A stretch of 64,000 bases of DNA from a virus: IMG/VR virus record IMGVR_UViG_3300045988_123324, positions 1 through 64,000 of that record; one strand, 5' to 3'. Position 1 is the first letter of the stretch, and every line of letters starts with the position of its first letter. Shown here piece after piece: positions 47,308 through 56,797 of the stretch. The translations under genes and the position numbers were made by a program. The notes below the pieces were generated by a model. That model did no database searches. It was not told the origin of the DNA and saw only the letters and a program-made list of their open reading frames with translations.

Positions 47308-47616
47308 CTACCACCAGCAGGTATAAAAAACTGCCATACCGTTCTTTAGTTCAGCAATAGCTTCATCTACAAGTTCACTATCTTCTGGGTTTTCTTTGGC
47401 TATTTCTCTAAGATCTTTTTCTGTAAGGAATGTTATAGAACAATTAAAATCGTCATAATTGCCTCCTTTTTCCACGAACAATCTTTGCACAAAATCATTC
47501 AGTTTATGATTTTTTCTCCAATAAGCCAATTCGTAAGATCTAAAGTTTTTGTCTTTCTTGATATTAGACAACTTTGCTCTCGCGTCTGTTGAATACATCC
47601 ACGCATCAAGCCCCAT
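47308..47616 (-). CDS. hypothetical protein
   Basis: ORF track; ATG behind GGAGG. Confidence 0.6.
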   Translation of the reverse strand: MGLDAWMYSTDARAKLSNIKKDKNFRSYELAYWRKNHKLNDFVQRLFVEKGGNYDDFNCSITFLTEKDLREIAKENPEDSELVDEAIAELKNGMAVFYTCWW

Positions 47617-47618
47617 TT

Positions 47619-49103
47619 TTATGCCTCCGTATTAAGATTCATTATCCATTTCGTGTTGCCAGCTCTGTAAACTTTTTTAGCACCAAGTCTGCCCATAATA
47701 AAATCTTCTTTATTGTTTGCGTTTTCTGTTACTGCCTCTGCATATAAATCTCCATATAATTCTTTCAACAAATGCAACTGACAAGAAGTTCTTTTTAGTT
47801 CCCTGTTATTATAAAACCAGTAATAGTTTTCTGAAACACCACAATTAGAAAATCCTAACTTTTTATATACATCACCACTAAAGAAGTCATTATCAGAATA
47901 ACTTTTTATGCTTTCTGGTTGATGGTCATTGATAAAATGTTTCAATAGTTTTTCAGCCCCACCAACAATAAAATATTTATCGCTAACTACATATCTATGC
48001 AACTCATATTGATTACCACCACTTTTTGCGAACCTTGGAGTCCCAAAAGACATCAAAGAGATCAACTCATTATTATAATATAAACCATAATTTATCTTGC
48101 ATAGTCTATACCACCCCTGCAAGTGATGTTTTTCAATAAACATTTTTGCAACTTGTAAGTCCACTAATCTAACTGAACAGTTTCTTGCAAAAACCCTTTC
48201 TTTTTGTATCAACAACGATCTTATATATGTTTTTATTTTTTCTTGTTTTTCTGACTTCCAGTCCACGTCAAAAATATTCAAAAGTTTAATTCCCATTGAT
48301 AGTGCAACAGAAAATTTATCATAATGATACGTTTTATTCACATTCTTAAATGCTCCGTTTATTGTGGCATGAAATGGGCTTCCATTATACTCAATTCCAA
48401 TTTTTAGCTGTGGGATATAAATATCAATTTCTTTTCCGTTCAAAATTTTTGCCTTTTCAATGTTTTTATCACCAATAATAGAACAGATAAATTCCTTTAT
48501 TTCTTTTTCTTCTTTTGACCCACAAACATGAACAACACTATGTCCACAAGATGTTGTATGTCCTCTCCTCAGATTATTAGCAGTTACTACAACTTCTTTT
48601 CCACAAGAACATTTGCATTTCCACATCGAGTGTAGATTTTTTCTTCCTACAAATTCAACAACTGTAAGCTCCCCATATGTATGCCCAGTTAAATCATTAA
48701 ACCACTCCGTTTTTGTTCTTTCTTTGTTTATACACCCACACGATGTAACCGCACCAGAAGTAAGGTTATATCCCTGAACAATAGTTTTATTCCCACAAGA
48801 ACATATGCAATTCCAATAATCTTTTCTGTTTTTATCAAAATGGCTAAATGAAACAACACTAAGTCTACCAAACGGTTTTTTCCCCAACAGCCTTGTTGTA
48901 TTTCCATGTTCTTCTTTCCGCAAACATCCACAAGACTTTATTCTTCCAGAATTTAGTCTATCTGCTCTTACTTCACACTCATTTCCACAATCACATTTAC
49001 AGTGCCATTTTTTATTTTCGTCATTAAACCACAACGGAACAAGTCTTTCAAATCTTTTCCCTGTCAAGTCAACAAAATTCCACGGACGTTTATTCCCACT
49101 CAT
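47619..49103 (-). CDS. homing-endonuclease-like protein: three Zn-ribbon repeats + restriction-endonuclease-like (Vsr/DUF559-type) core + C-terminal domain
   Basis: Three copies of L.G..FG.L.V......W.C.C.CG......L..G...SCGC. Then EIDIYIPQLKIGIEYNGSPFH (D..[IL]P....IEYNG). Free-standing between polA and the tail genes. ATG at 49101-49103. Confidence 0.5.
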   Translation of the reverse strand: MSGNKRPWNFVDLTGKRFERLVPLWFNDENKKWHCKCDCGNECEVRADRLNSGRIKSCGCLRKEEHGNTTRLLGKKPFGRLSVVSFSHFDKNRKDYWNCICSCGNKTIVQGYNLTSGAVTSCGCINKERTKTEWFNDLTGHTYGELTVVEFVGRKNLHSMWKCKCSCGKEVVVTANNLRRGHTTSCGHSVVHVCGSKEEKEIKEFICSIIGDKNIEKAKILNGKEIDIYIPQLKIGIEYNGSPFHATINGAFKNVNKTYHYDKFSVALSMGIKLLNIFDVDWKSEKQEKIKTYIRSLLIQKERVFARNCSVRLVDLQVAKMFIEKHHLQGWYRLCKINYGLYYNNELISLMSFGTPRFAKSGGNQYELHRYVVSDKYFIVGGAEKLLKHFINDHQPESIKSYSDNDFFSGDVYKKLGFSNCGVSENYYWFYNNRELKRTSCQLHLLKELYGDLYAEAVTENANNKEDFIMGRLGAKKVYRAGNTKWIMNLNTEA

Positions 49104-51354
49104 ATGGTTCTCCACTCCAACATTTTGATACCTCTACATCACATCTTAGTGCTGCGTCTATTCCTACACCACCAGCAAGAAACTCTTTTTTCAAAATAGG
49201 TATTGCTTCTTGTAAATGTTCTTTTGGAACGCTCATTCCACATTCGTCATGTATTGTCAGAAGTATATATACTCCAAGCTCTTTTAATCTTTCATTCCTC
49301 GCAATATTTAGCATAGCCCTCTTTGTAATATATGCCGCTGTTGATTGAACAGGGTAATTATAGCATAATCTTTCTGCCTGTGCAATAAATCCACCATTTT
49401 GTTTTATCAGTATTCCTTTGCGTTCTGCTTCACTGATAATTTCTTTTTTCTCGTCTTGTCCCCAAGCATTTTTCATCTTATTCCAGTATAGATTCCTATA
49501 GTAATCAAACTGCCTATCTGTAAGAATCTTATCTTTTTGTGTTATTTCATACTCAGGAAGATTTAAGTCTGGAAGTCTGCGCCGTCCACCATAGAAGTTT
49601 TCAACGTATCCATGCTTTCTCCCAAATTCTACAACATTTTTTAGATATCTAGCAAGATCTGGAAAAGCAACCATAATAGAATCTTTTATTTCCTGTGCCT
49701 TTTCCTTTGATACGTTTAAATCCTCTGCAATAGCCTTTACTCCCTTACCATAGCAAATTCCAAGACAAATTGCCTTTGCATGCTTCCTGCGCTCTTTACC
49801 CTCTTTGTTTGTTGTCCCGTCTGCATTAAACTCTAAGCAGTCCTCATACTTTTTGTTAAATGCAATAGACGCAACATGGCTATAAATGTCTCTGCCAAAA
49901 TTAAACGATTCTAACATCTTTTTTTCATCTGCCAGTGATGCTACTGCCATCATCTCTTGTTGACTGAAATCTAAAAACACAAACACTCTATCCTCACCTG
50001 CGACAAACATATTTCTTATGTCCTTATTTTTCGCAGGGATCTGCTGGGCGTTGGGATTACTGCTTGAAAAGCGCATCGTATCGGTTCCGCACTGATTGAA
50101 ATTCGGATGAATCTTTCCACGGTGTTCAAGTGCATCTTCTGTGAGTTTATCAATGAAAGAACTTATGAGTTTATCATATTTCTTTACTTCTTCTAGTGCT
50201 GAAAAAATTTCCCTTACTCTTGTTCCTTCATATTTTTTCTGCCCCATTACTGCATTTATGACATGTTTTCCTGTCCCTCTTGGTTCTTTTTCAAATATTA
50301 CACCAGTTTTCATAATATCATAAATCAGTATTTGAAGTTGCTTTGGGCTATTGAAATTTACTGGATATTCAATATCTCCCATGACTTCCATGCGGGCGCG
50401 TATTTCTGATTCTAGCGGTTCTATTGATTTAGCAAATTTATGCTGTGCGTCAACCAACAATTTAGTGTATTTTTCTTTTAGCTTATTTGCTGTACTAAAA
50501 TCGAAATTAATCCCGCGAACCTTCATGTCACATACTAATTTCTGTATTGGCATCTCTACTTCCCAGAACAACTTTGAAATACGCTCAAGTTTATAGTCAC
50601 TACACTCTTTTGTTCCTACAGTGAGATATGGTCTAAAGAACTCTCCTAAGTCTAGGCTCATGTCAGCATCTTTAGCCGCATATGGAAAACCAACTTCAGG
50701 TGGTATATAGTTAAATGGTATGCCATCGAACAATTCAGCGAATTTATCTGCTTTTTTACCACCACTACAATACTTACCATATAGATATTTTAACCCATGC
50801 TGTTCGTTCTCATTAAGGAGATGAGATGCAATTAGTGTATCAAATGTAGCCCACAGCCATATACCAAACTGCACCTTAATCAATACTGTATCAAAGTATG
50901 CGTTGTGCATATATATGTCTGCTCCACTATCTGCAAGTATCTGTAGACCCTCTTTTACTTTTTCTTTACTGATCTGTTTATCCAATAGCATATCTGTTAT
51001 TGGGCTTGTATGTCCTATTGGAATATACATGGCTTTCTGAGACGGGCTTTTCATAGACAGACCAACAATATCACACAATATGTTATCCAGAGAAGTAGTC
51101 TCAGTATCAATAGCAAATACACCGTCTTTTGCAGCTTGTCTACAATAGTCCAACCACCAATCCTCATCTGTAATAAGAAGAAAGTTATTTTTTTCTTCTC
51201 CAAGGTTTTTTTCAACGAGCCTACTGATTGATGCAATCTTTTCTATAAGTGTTCCTTTTTTGAGTTTTATCTTTGGTTTGTGTGTTTCTTGTGTTTTCTT
51301 TAATATGTTATGTATATTCTCAGTTGTCCGACATGGTAACTTGAACAATGCCAT
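49090..51354 (-). CDS. polA: family A DNA polymerase (Pol I-like, with 3'-5' exonuclease domain)
   Basis: Exo I FAIDTETTSL; motif A VFLDFSQQEM; motif B RRKHAKAICLGICYGKG; motif C LLTIHDEC. Confidence 0.9.
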   Translation of the reverse strand: MALFKLPCRTTENIHNILKKTQETHKPKIKLKKGTLIEKIASISRLVEKNLGEEKNNFLLITDEDWWLDYCRQAAKDGVFAIDTETTSLDNILCDIVGLSMKSPSQKAMYIPIGHTSPITDMLLDKQISKEKVKEGLQILADSGADIYMHNAYFDTVLIKVQFGIWLWATFDTLIASHLLNENEQHGLKYLYGKYCSGGKKADKFAELFDGIPFNYIPPEVGFPYAAKDADMSLDLGEFFRPYLTVGTKECSDYKLERISKLFWEVEMPIQKLVCDMKVRGINFDFSTANKLKEKYTKLLVDAQHKFAKSIEPLESEIRARMEVMGDIEYPVNFNSPKQLQILIYDIMKTGVIFEKEPRGTGKHVINAVMGQKKYEGTRVREIFSALEEVKKYDKLISSFIDKLTEDALEHRGKIHPNFNQCGTDTMRFSSSNPNAQQIPAKNKDIRNMFVAGEDRVFVFLDFSQQEMMAVASLADEKKMLESFNFGRDIYSHVASIAFNKKYEDCLEFNADGTTNKEGKERRKHAKAICLGICYGKGVKAIAEDLNVSKEKAQEIKDSIMVAFPDLARYLKNVVEFGRKHGYVENFYGGRRRLPDLNLPEYEITQKDKILTDRQFDYYRNLYWNKMKNAWGQDEKKEIISEAERKGILIKQNGGFIAQAERLCYNYPVQSTAAYITKRAMLNIARNERLKELGVYILLTIHDECGMSVPKEHLQEAIPILKKEFLAGGVGIDAALRCDVEVSKCWSGEPYEWE

Positions 51355-52105
51355 CTGATTTACACCTTTTCTTATACCTACAATATTGACAAACTTTTCT
51401 ATCTACGTCTGGTTTCTCTGGAATAGTATTTTCGTCCGCGAACTTATTCGCTCTATATATCAAATCCCTAATATCATTCTTTTCTTCTTGTGTTGGTGTA
51501 AAGACCATAGCTTTCTTTGTAAGTAGATCTCTATCCTCAAACAAAAACATAACATCAGGAATCTGCATTAAGTAACTATAGCACGTTGCTTGAAGTTTAT
51601 ACTCATCTGGTATTTCATCTTTGATTTTCATAAACTTCATGCTCATCATAGTTTTTATCTCTAATATAAAATATTTTCCATTATTATTTTTGATTATGCC
51701 GTCACACATATATGATACTCTATTTTTATCATCATATAGATGTAATTCATGGTCTGTCTTTTCACCAATGCGAAGATCTAGTCCTTTTTCTTTAACATAT
51801 TCTTCAACATCTACGAACTCCCACGACGGCATATGTGTGATATACTCTTGAAGTGTCTCATGCCTATATGTTCCTATTTCTGTTATTCCCCTGAGATTGT
51901 AACTTCTCTTTTCATCCTCAACAGGTGTTGATAACAATTTATATACAATCTGCCTAATACACTTGAGGGAAGAAGGTGTTATATTTGCTGATGGAGGTCT
52001 TTCTTCCCCAAACTTCTCTATATAATTAGTAAGAGAAAACAAAAACTCTTTAGCATCATCTTTCTTTGCAGATGCAAGCAACTCATATAATGACTTTCTC
52101 CCCAT
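51320..52105 (-). CDS. PD-(D/E)XK exonuclease, Cas4/RecB-like with Cys cluster
   Basis: CDGII...YFILEIKT (D...ExK), plus N-terminal Cys (LKCIRQ) and C-terminal CQYCRYKKRC, as in Cas4/AddB-type Fe-S nucleases. Confidence 0.7.
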   Translation of the reverse strand: MGRKSLYELLASAKKDDAKEFLFSLTNYIEKFGEERPPSANITPSSLKCIRQIVYKLLSTPVEDEKRSYNLRGITEIGTYRHETLQEYITHMPSWEFVDVEEYVKEKGLDLRIGEKTDHELHLYDDKNRVSYMCDGIIKNNNGKYFILEIKTMMSMKFMKIKDEIPDEYKLQATCYSYLMQIPDVMFLFEDRDLLTKKAMVFTPTQEEKNDIRDLIYRANKFADENTIPEKPDVDRKVCQYCRYKKRCKSDGIVQVTMSDN

Positions 52106-52111
52106 GATTTA

Positions 52112-52381
52112 TCAAATAGCTCCCTCTACAACATATGGAACAATTTGATATTTTGATGTTATTCCACCAAAAAGTTCCTTTTCCTTTCGATTAAGTTCAC
52201 TAATTCGCACATACGCATCTGCCTCTGTCTCAAACACTTCTGGTTTATTACCAATAGTAACATATTCAACACCATTATCTGTGTCAGAAATAATAGCATA
52301 CATATTTTTCTGCACATAAACTTTCTTTGTCGATATATCAAATATATTCGATGTCTTTTTCTTTCTTGCCAAATTTATCAC
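52112..52381 (-). CDS. hypothetical protein
   Basis: ORF track. Confidence 0.55.
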   Translation of the reverse strand: MINLARKKKTSNIFDISTKKVYVQKNMYAIISDTDNGVEYVTIGNKPEVFETEADAYVRISELNRKEKELFGGITSKYQIVPYVVEGAI

Positions 52382-53403
52382 TCCATTACTGAAATAATGT
52401 ACCTTCCTAGGTCATCTTCAATACAAATAAAATCATCTTCAATATATAGCCTTATATCATTCTCCATGTTTTTCAGAGTACCTAGAACATAGTCCGTCTT
52501 TACAACTGCCACACGGTTTTCCATATTCACTTCTACATCAATACGCTCCTCAGATGTCCCCTGTGTATTCCTAACAACAAGACTTCTGTCCTCAACGCAA
52601 AACTTCACTGTTGGTTCTTCAAATGGATTTCTAAATACAGACTGTCTCTTTATTACATTCAACATATCTTTTTTTGACAGTATTATAGGCTGATTTTCTG
52701 AAAAATCCATCTCTATAAATGGTTTAACCACGTCAATAGGAAAATCATCCCATACCTTGTTGTTAAACTGTATTTCAAAGTTATCACAGTGCGCCCTATA
52801 TTTTCCCATGAGTATATCATTATCTAGTTTTGACAGAGACTCCACAATAAATGGTTTGATTGCACCCGTGGGAAGATTAGGTATTTTTGTCACAGCCAAA
52901 ATCATACTATTTGTAGTTACAAGTAAGCCATTATAGTTATAATACAACTTGAAATCTTCATGGCTGTCTCCATCATAAACAGCAACCTTATTTCTCTTTA
53001 TCGCAAGCTCAAAATCACTAGGCTTATATACAACCTCATTAGACAAATCATCCATAGATAGCGGCAGAACAATATCTGATCCATCCGCTTCTAACTGTAT
53101 CGGTATTTTGTATTTTCCATTCCCTTTAAACTCAATATATTTACCCATGTTCTTTATTTCTACAGTGTCTTTTGTTGTTAGTTTAAGTAGTTTAAGTAGA
53201 ATAGATAAAGAAATTACCGAATTATCAATGTCATTTTCACAATCGACCTTTGCCACAACTGTTGTAAATCCGTCAGTAGAACCAAGTTTCATTATTCCTT
53301 CTTTTGCATATAACTCAACTAACCCAGTAATAGGTTTTATAGGATTATAGGTTATCAGCGAATGTATCATTGTCACCGTGTTCAATAGCTCTTTTGTATT
53401 CAC
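52378..53403 (-). CDS. DNA polymerase sliding clamp (DnaN beta-clamp-like, putative)
   Basis: ~340 aa. The N-terminal pattern KELLNTV.....L......KPITGLVELYAKEGIMKLGSTDG mirrors DnaN (..P.L..v.l......l.l.aTD). Replication-module context. Start uncertain (GTG at 53401-53403 behind GAGGAA). Confidence 0.5.
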   Translation of the reverse strand: MNTKELLNTVTMIHSLITYNPIKPITGLVELYAKEGIMKLGSTDGFTTVVAKVDCENDIDNSVISLSILLKLLKLTTKDTVEIKNMGKYIEFKGNGKYKIPIQLEADGSDIVLPLSMDDLSNEVVYKPSDFELAIKRNKVAVYDGDSHEDFKLYYNYNGLLVTTNSMILAVTKIPNLPTGAIKPFIVESLSKLDNDILMGKYRAHCDNFEIQFNNKVWDDFPIDVVKPFIEMDFSENQPIILSKKDMLNVIKRQSVFRNPFEEPTVKFCVEDRSLVVRNTQGTSEERIDVEVNMENRVAVVKTDYVLGTLKNMENDIRLYIEDDFICIEDDLGRYIISVME

Positions 53404-53638
53404 GCTGTTTCCTCTCATAATCAAACACTATGTCACCACTATCAAACAACTCTTCTAGCGTTTTATATGGTGTCATATTTTCTAAAAACCAGTATGTCCA
53501 GCAATCATTATAGACACCAGTTGGTTTATGTATACCTGGCGCCCATCTTCTATTCTTTGGTTTTTTCACACTATCCCTCTGTGACGATACTTTTGAAGAA
53601 CTTTCCCATAATTCGTCTATCTTCATGTTTTCAAACAA
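53345..53638 (-). CDS. hypothetical protein
   Basis: ORF track; overlaps the neighbours at both ends. Confidence 0.5.
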   Translation of the reverse strand: MFENMKIDELWESSSKVSSQRDSVKKPKNRRWAPGIHKPTGVYNDCWTYWFLENMTPYKTLEELFDSGDIVFDYERKQREYKRAIEHGDNDTFADNL

Positions 53639-54648
53639 TCACCTCCACTCAATGCTTCTTTTATACCACCTAAAACATATGTAGCACAAGGAATAGCAAT
53701 ACCATTTCCAATGGCTTTATATCTTGCTGAACTCCCTCCGTGAGCAGTATACCCAACTGGAAGTCCCTGTAGTTTTTCACATTCTGACAGTGACAACTTC
53801 CTAAGTATTCCAGAACGGCTTGAACTATTATATGTATGGATAACAGGTATTTGATTTCCACCCGTACCCATTCTTGCGTTTAAGGTCTGTATACAGTCCT
53901 CTCCAACATATCTAAGGGCTTCATTTGCATGAGTCATATCATAGATTGTATTTTTAATGTATCCATTAGTTCCATCGACAGAAGTATCTGATTTTCTCTC
54001 ACTCTCCGAAGTATTCCAAGACACGCTTTTGGACTTAAATAATACTTCTGCAAACCTTCCTTGCCCCCCCCCGTTGTTTGGTCTAAAATCTGCGACAAGG
54101 AAGATTCTCTTTCTTCTCTGGGGAACTCCCCAACCTCTTGCATCAGTGAGCCTCCACGAAATGTCACAGTTTTTGCTTCTAACCAATCCTGCGTTTGCCC
54201 ATCTTCCAGATCTAGGTATTGGAATATTGGTTTCTGAGATTTCTTCAAGCACAGTTCTAAAATCATTCCCTTTATTGGTTCCAAATGCGTTTTTGACATT
54301 TTCCCAAACAATGAACTTTGGGTATTCTCCATTAGTCGCTTCCCTCATCTCTCTTATAATGCGTATAGCTTCATGAAACAAGCTACTTTCTTTTCCATGT
54401 AAACCAACCCTATTTCCTGCAACACTCAAATTTTGACAAGGACTAGAGAATGTAATAATATCAACCGTCTCAATCTCTTTTCCATTAATATGCCTAATAT
54501 CTCCTAACTGTTTAACATATGGAAAATGAGCATTGCTTACTTTCATTGGAAACGCTTCAATTTCACTACTCCACAGCGGCTTTATTCCAAGTCTCTCTGC
54601 CACAAGCATCCAAGAACCAATGCCGTCAAATAGGCTTCCTAGTGTCAT
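53623..54648 (-). CDS. dcm: DNA (cytosine-5)-methyltransferase
   Basis: Motif I LFDGIGS, motif IV SSPCQNLS, motif VI VWENVKN, motif VIII QRRKRIFLV, motif X GNGIAIP. ATG at 54646-54648 behind AAGGAGG. Confidence 0.9.
   Translation of the reverse strand: MTLGSLFDGIGSWMLVAERLGIKPLWSSEIEAFPMKVSNAHFPYVKQLGDIRHINGKEIETVDIITFSSPCQNLSVAGNRVGLHGKESSLFHEAIRIIREMREATNGEYPKFIVWENVKNAFGTNKGNDFRTVLEEISETNIPIPRSGRWANAGLVRSKNCDISWRLTDARGWGVPQRRKRIFLVADFRPNNGGGQGRFAEVLFKSKSVSWNTSESERKSDTSVDGTNGYIKNTIYDMTHANEALRYVGEDCIQTLNARMGTGGNQIPVIHTYNSSSRSGILRKLSLSECEKLQGLPVGYTAHGGSSARYKAIGNGIAIPCATYVLGGIKEALSGGDCLKT
54064..54072 (-). repeat. G9 homopolymer (C9 on plus strand) inside dcm
   Basis: Encodes GGG GGG GGG (Gly199-201 of the track ORF), followed by CAA. 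Located in the variable region after motif VIII. Confidence 0.95.
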
Positions 54649-54672
54649 TTTTCTTCCTCCTTGCACATAGCA

Positions 54673-54701
54673 AGTATAACATATTTATGGATTTTTGTCA
54701 A
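54673..54701 (-). promoter_or_regulatory. sigma70-like promoter upstream of dcm
   Basis: Minus strand TTGACA (54696-54701) - 17 nt - TATACT (54673-54678). Confidence 0.55.
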
Positions 54702-54703
54702 AC

Positions 54704-54727
54704 AAAAAGGCAGGTTTTATCCTGCCT
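54704..54727 (-). terminator. rho-independent terminator after the SSB-like gene
   Basis: 7-bp GC-rich stem 54708-54714/54721-54727, 6-nt loop, then TTTTTGTTT on the minus strand. Confidence 0.6.
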
Positions 54728-54734
54728 AATTTTA

Positions 54735-55493
54735 TCAAAATCCGTGGTTCACCGACCGTGCGCGTGGTGTAACAACTTCCTGCGGTGTTTCCTTCTTACC
54801 AGAGGGATATTCACCAGTCTCAAGATATTGATTCATTTGCTCCGCTGTCCAATTCTTGATATAAGAATCAGCGCGACCAAAAATATCGTCATTCTGTACG
54901 TTAAACTTCGCACGCAGACTTGCAACACTCTCCGATGTATCCAGTGCATTCCCTTCAAAGTCCTTTCGTGCTTCAAACAGATTCCACTGTGTCTGCGCTG
55001 GTGTTGCACCATTCACACGTTCAATCTCAATATAGTTATCAATTCCATACCGTGTCATAAACCCCATTAGATTTGTGCGATAATAATTTGTTGACCGAGA
55101 GAACAATTCATAATTATCTTCCCTCTCTCCCTTATAGTTATAAAGGCTGATAACAGGTGCATAGAAAGAATCATTCACTCGTGTAACCATCTGCGGGAAT
55201 GGATCAGATGCAAACTTCTTTGCAGCTTCACATAGCGGGCATCCATCACCAAGGCAACTAACCTCCACTGGATATGTTTTTCCATTCTTACGAGTCATTC
55301 GTACTGTATGGGTGCTATAAATCTCAATGTCCTCTGGTTTATCAACAAGCATCCGAACAATAGTGTGTGCCTTATTCTCCTTTAGCTGTACCTTATTCAA
55401 AAACTTTCGTGTAGTATTCTCAGCATGTGTATTATCATTCTTTGTTCGCTTATCAAGTCTCGCGTTCATTTCTTCAAAACTAATTCTCGCCAT
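54735..55493 (-). CDS. single-stranded DNA-binding protein, T4 gp32-like (putative)
   Basis: Architecture parallels gp32: TIVRMLVDKPEDI (cf. AVIRFLP), H...NGKTYPVEVSC....GCPLC (cf. H..KKNGKWYIETC...CPVC zinc site). Sits between the primase and methylase genes. Confidence 0.55.
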   Translation of the reverse strand: MARISFEEMNARLDKRTKNDNTHAENTTRKFLNKVQLKENKAHTIVRMLVDKPEDIEIYSTHTVRMTRKNGKTYPVEVSCLGDGCPLCEAAKKFASDPFPQMVTRVNDSFYAPVISLYNYKGEREDNYELFSRSTNYYRTNLMGFMTRYGIDNYIEIERVNGATPAQTQWNLFEARKDFEGNALDTSESVASLRAKFNVQNDDIFGRADSYIKNWTAEQMNQYLETGEYPSGKKETPQEVVTPRARSVNHGF

Positions 55494-55495
55494 AA

Positions 55496-56503
55496 TCAAA
55501 TTCCTCTTTCTTCTTTACAATAATTCATAAAATCATCAAATGTTTCTAAATAACCATAGTCATTTATATCTTTTCCTTTTTCCTTTATGACTAATTTAGA
55601 TATAAATTTATTTCTATCCAATTTTCTGCACAGCTTATTGCTCGCCATTTCTCCTGCTGAATCATTATCCAGACATAATATTATCCTCCTGTAGTCCAGC
55701 TCCCTTAACATATTTATCTGATAATCACTGCCTGTACCTAACAAGGCAACAGCAGGTTTACCCCATTTAACCAACATAAGTGCATTTAGTATGCTTTCAC
55801 ACACATATAGTTCAACAGATTTAGAAAAATTCTTTAACACTTGATATATCCCATATAAAGGCTTATCAACACCATCTGGTATATAAAATCTTTTTCCTCT
55901 AACACTTCTCTTAACAATAAACAAGGATCTTCCTTTTGTGTCGTGTACTGGAAAGGTTATGCAGTCAGTCAACTTATCATATCCAACATCATAGTCAACA
56001 ATCTGTTGATATTCCAGATACCGTTCTTTCATATATGGATGTATAAAGGAATATTTTGCTAGCTCATCTTCACTAACATATTCTTGTTTCTTTTCTGTAC
56101 TTTCTTGCTTGATTGGTGTAAAGAAACAAGCACGATTGTCAACGTCAGATGTAAACCTATCTATTAACCACCTAGCACCAAATGCACCACCGTCATTTAA
56201 GCCAAAACAATGAGAAATGAATTTTTCTATTGTGACCTTTTCATGACAACTGAAACAATGACAATATCCAATAGGTATAACCCTATTTATTTTCTTTATT
56301 TCTCTTGTTGTCATTCCCATAGACGGCTTCTTCTCTATGCCGCCACCATGATACGGGCAAGTAAGCATTATGCTTCCAGTATTTGCAGTCTTATAATTTA
56401 TATCATGGAGAAGATTACTGCCTGACATCCTAAGTTCTGTTTGTAATAATCTTAATATATCAGGAATATTAGCCAAAATTGGCACATCATCAACTATTAT
56501 CAT
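55496..56503 (-). CDS. dnaG: DNA primase (DnaG-type: zinc finger + TOPRIM)
   Basis: CPYHGGG....CHCFSCH zinc ribbon. TOPRIM elements YVCESILNAL and ILCLDNDSAG. Confidence 0.8.
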   Translation of the reverse strand: MIIVDDVPILANIPDILRLLQTELRMSGSNLLHDINYKTANTGSIMLTCPYHGGGIEKKPSMGMTTREIKKINRVIPIGYCHCFSCHEKVTIEKFISHCFGLNDGGAFGARWLIDRFTSDVDNRACFFTPIKQESTEKKQEYVSEDELAKYSFIHPYMKERYLEYQQIVDYDVGYDKLTDCITFPVHDTKGRSLFIVKRSVRGKRFYIPDGVDKPLYGIYQVLKNFSKSVELYVCESILNALMLVKWGKPAVALLGTGSDYQINMLRELDYRRIILCLDNDSAGEMASNKLCRKLDRNKFISKLVIKEKGKDINDYGYLETFDDFMNYCKEERGI

Positions 56504-56684
56504 TGCTATCCTCTAATATATCATATTTAACACTGACCCGTGTTTTCAATATATCAATCAGCGTATCTTTTATGTAATCATTCCATGAATTTAAGTTGCA
56601 CTTTTCTTCTGGAATGACAAGAGTTATTTCTTTTGGTAGATGCTCTGTAACACTCTTCCAATCAAGACTTGCTTTAACTTCCAT
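56490..56684 (-). CDS. small hypothetical protein
   Basis: ORF track; ATG behind GCAGGAGGTGA; first gene after the promoter. Confidence 0.5.
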   Translation of the reverse strand: MEVKASLDWKSVTEHLPKEITLVIPEEKCNLNSWNDYIKDTLIDILKTRVSVKYDILEDSNDNS

Positions 56685-56708
56685 ATAATCACCTCCTGCT
56701 AAAAGATG

Positions 56709-56737
56709 ATTATATCACAAAAAGCTGAAAAAGTCAA
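56709..56737 (-). promoter_or_regulatory. sigma70-like promoter (extended -10)
   Basis: Minus strand TTGACT (56732-56737) - 17 nt - TGaTATAAT (TATAAT at 56709-14). Confidence 0.55.
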
Positions 56738-56797
56738 TCTATCACAGCAAGTAAGATTCCAATTATTGCAAAAACAACAACTGTCCCAAATATCATT

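Noticed and set aside
56733-56795. 20-codon hydrophobic mini-ORF (MIFGTVVVFAIIGILLAVID) between the RNA ligase gene and the promoter
   Set aside because: It is too short to support, and its end overlaps the -35 box. I noted it only because the gap is otherwise non-coding.
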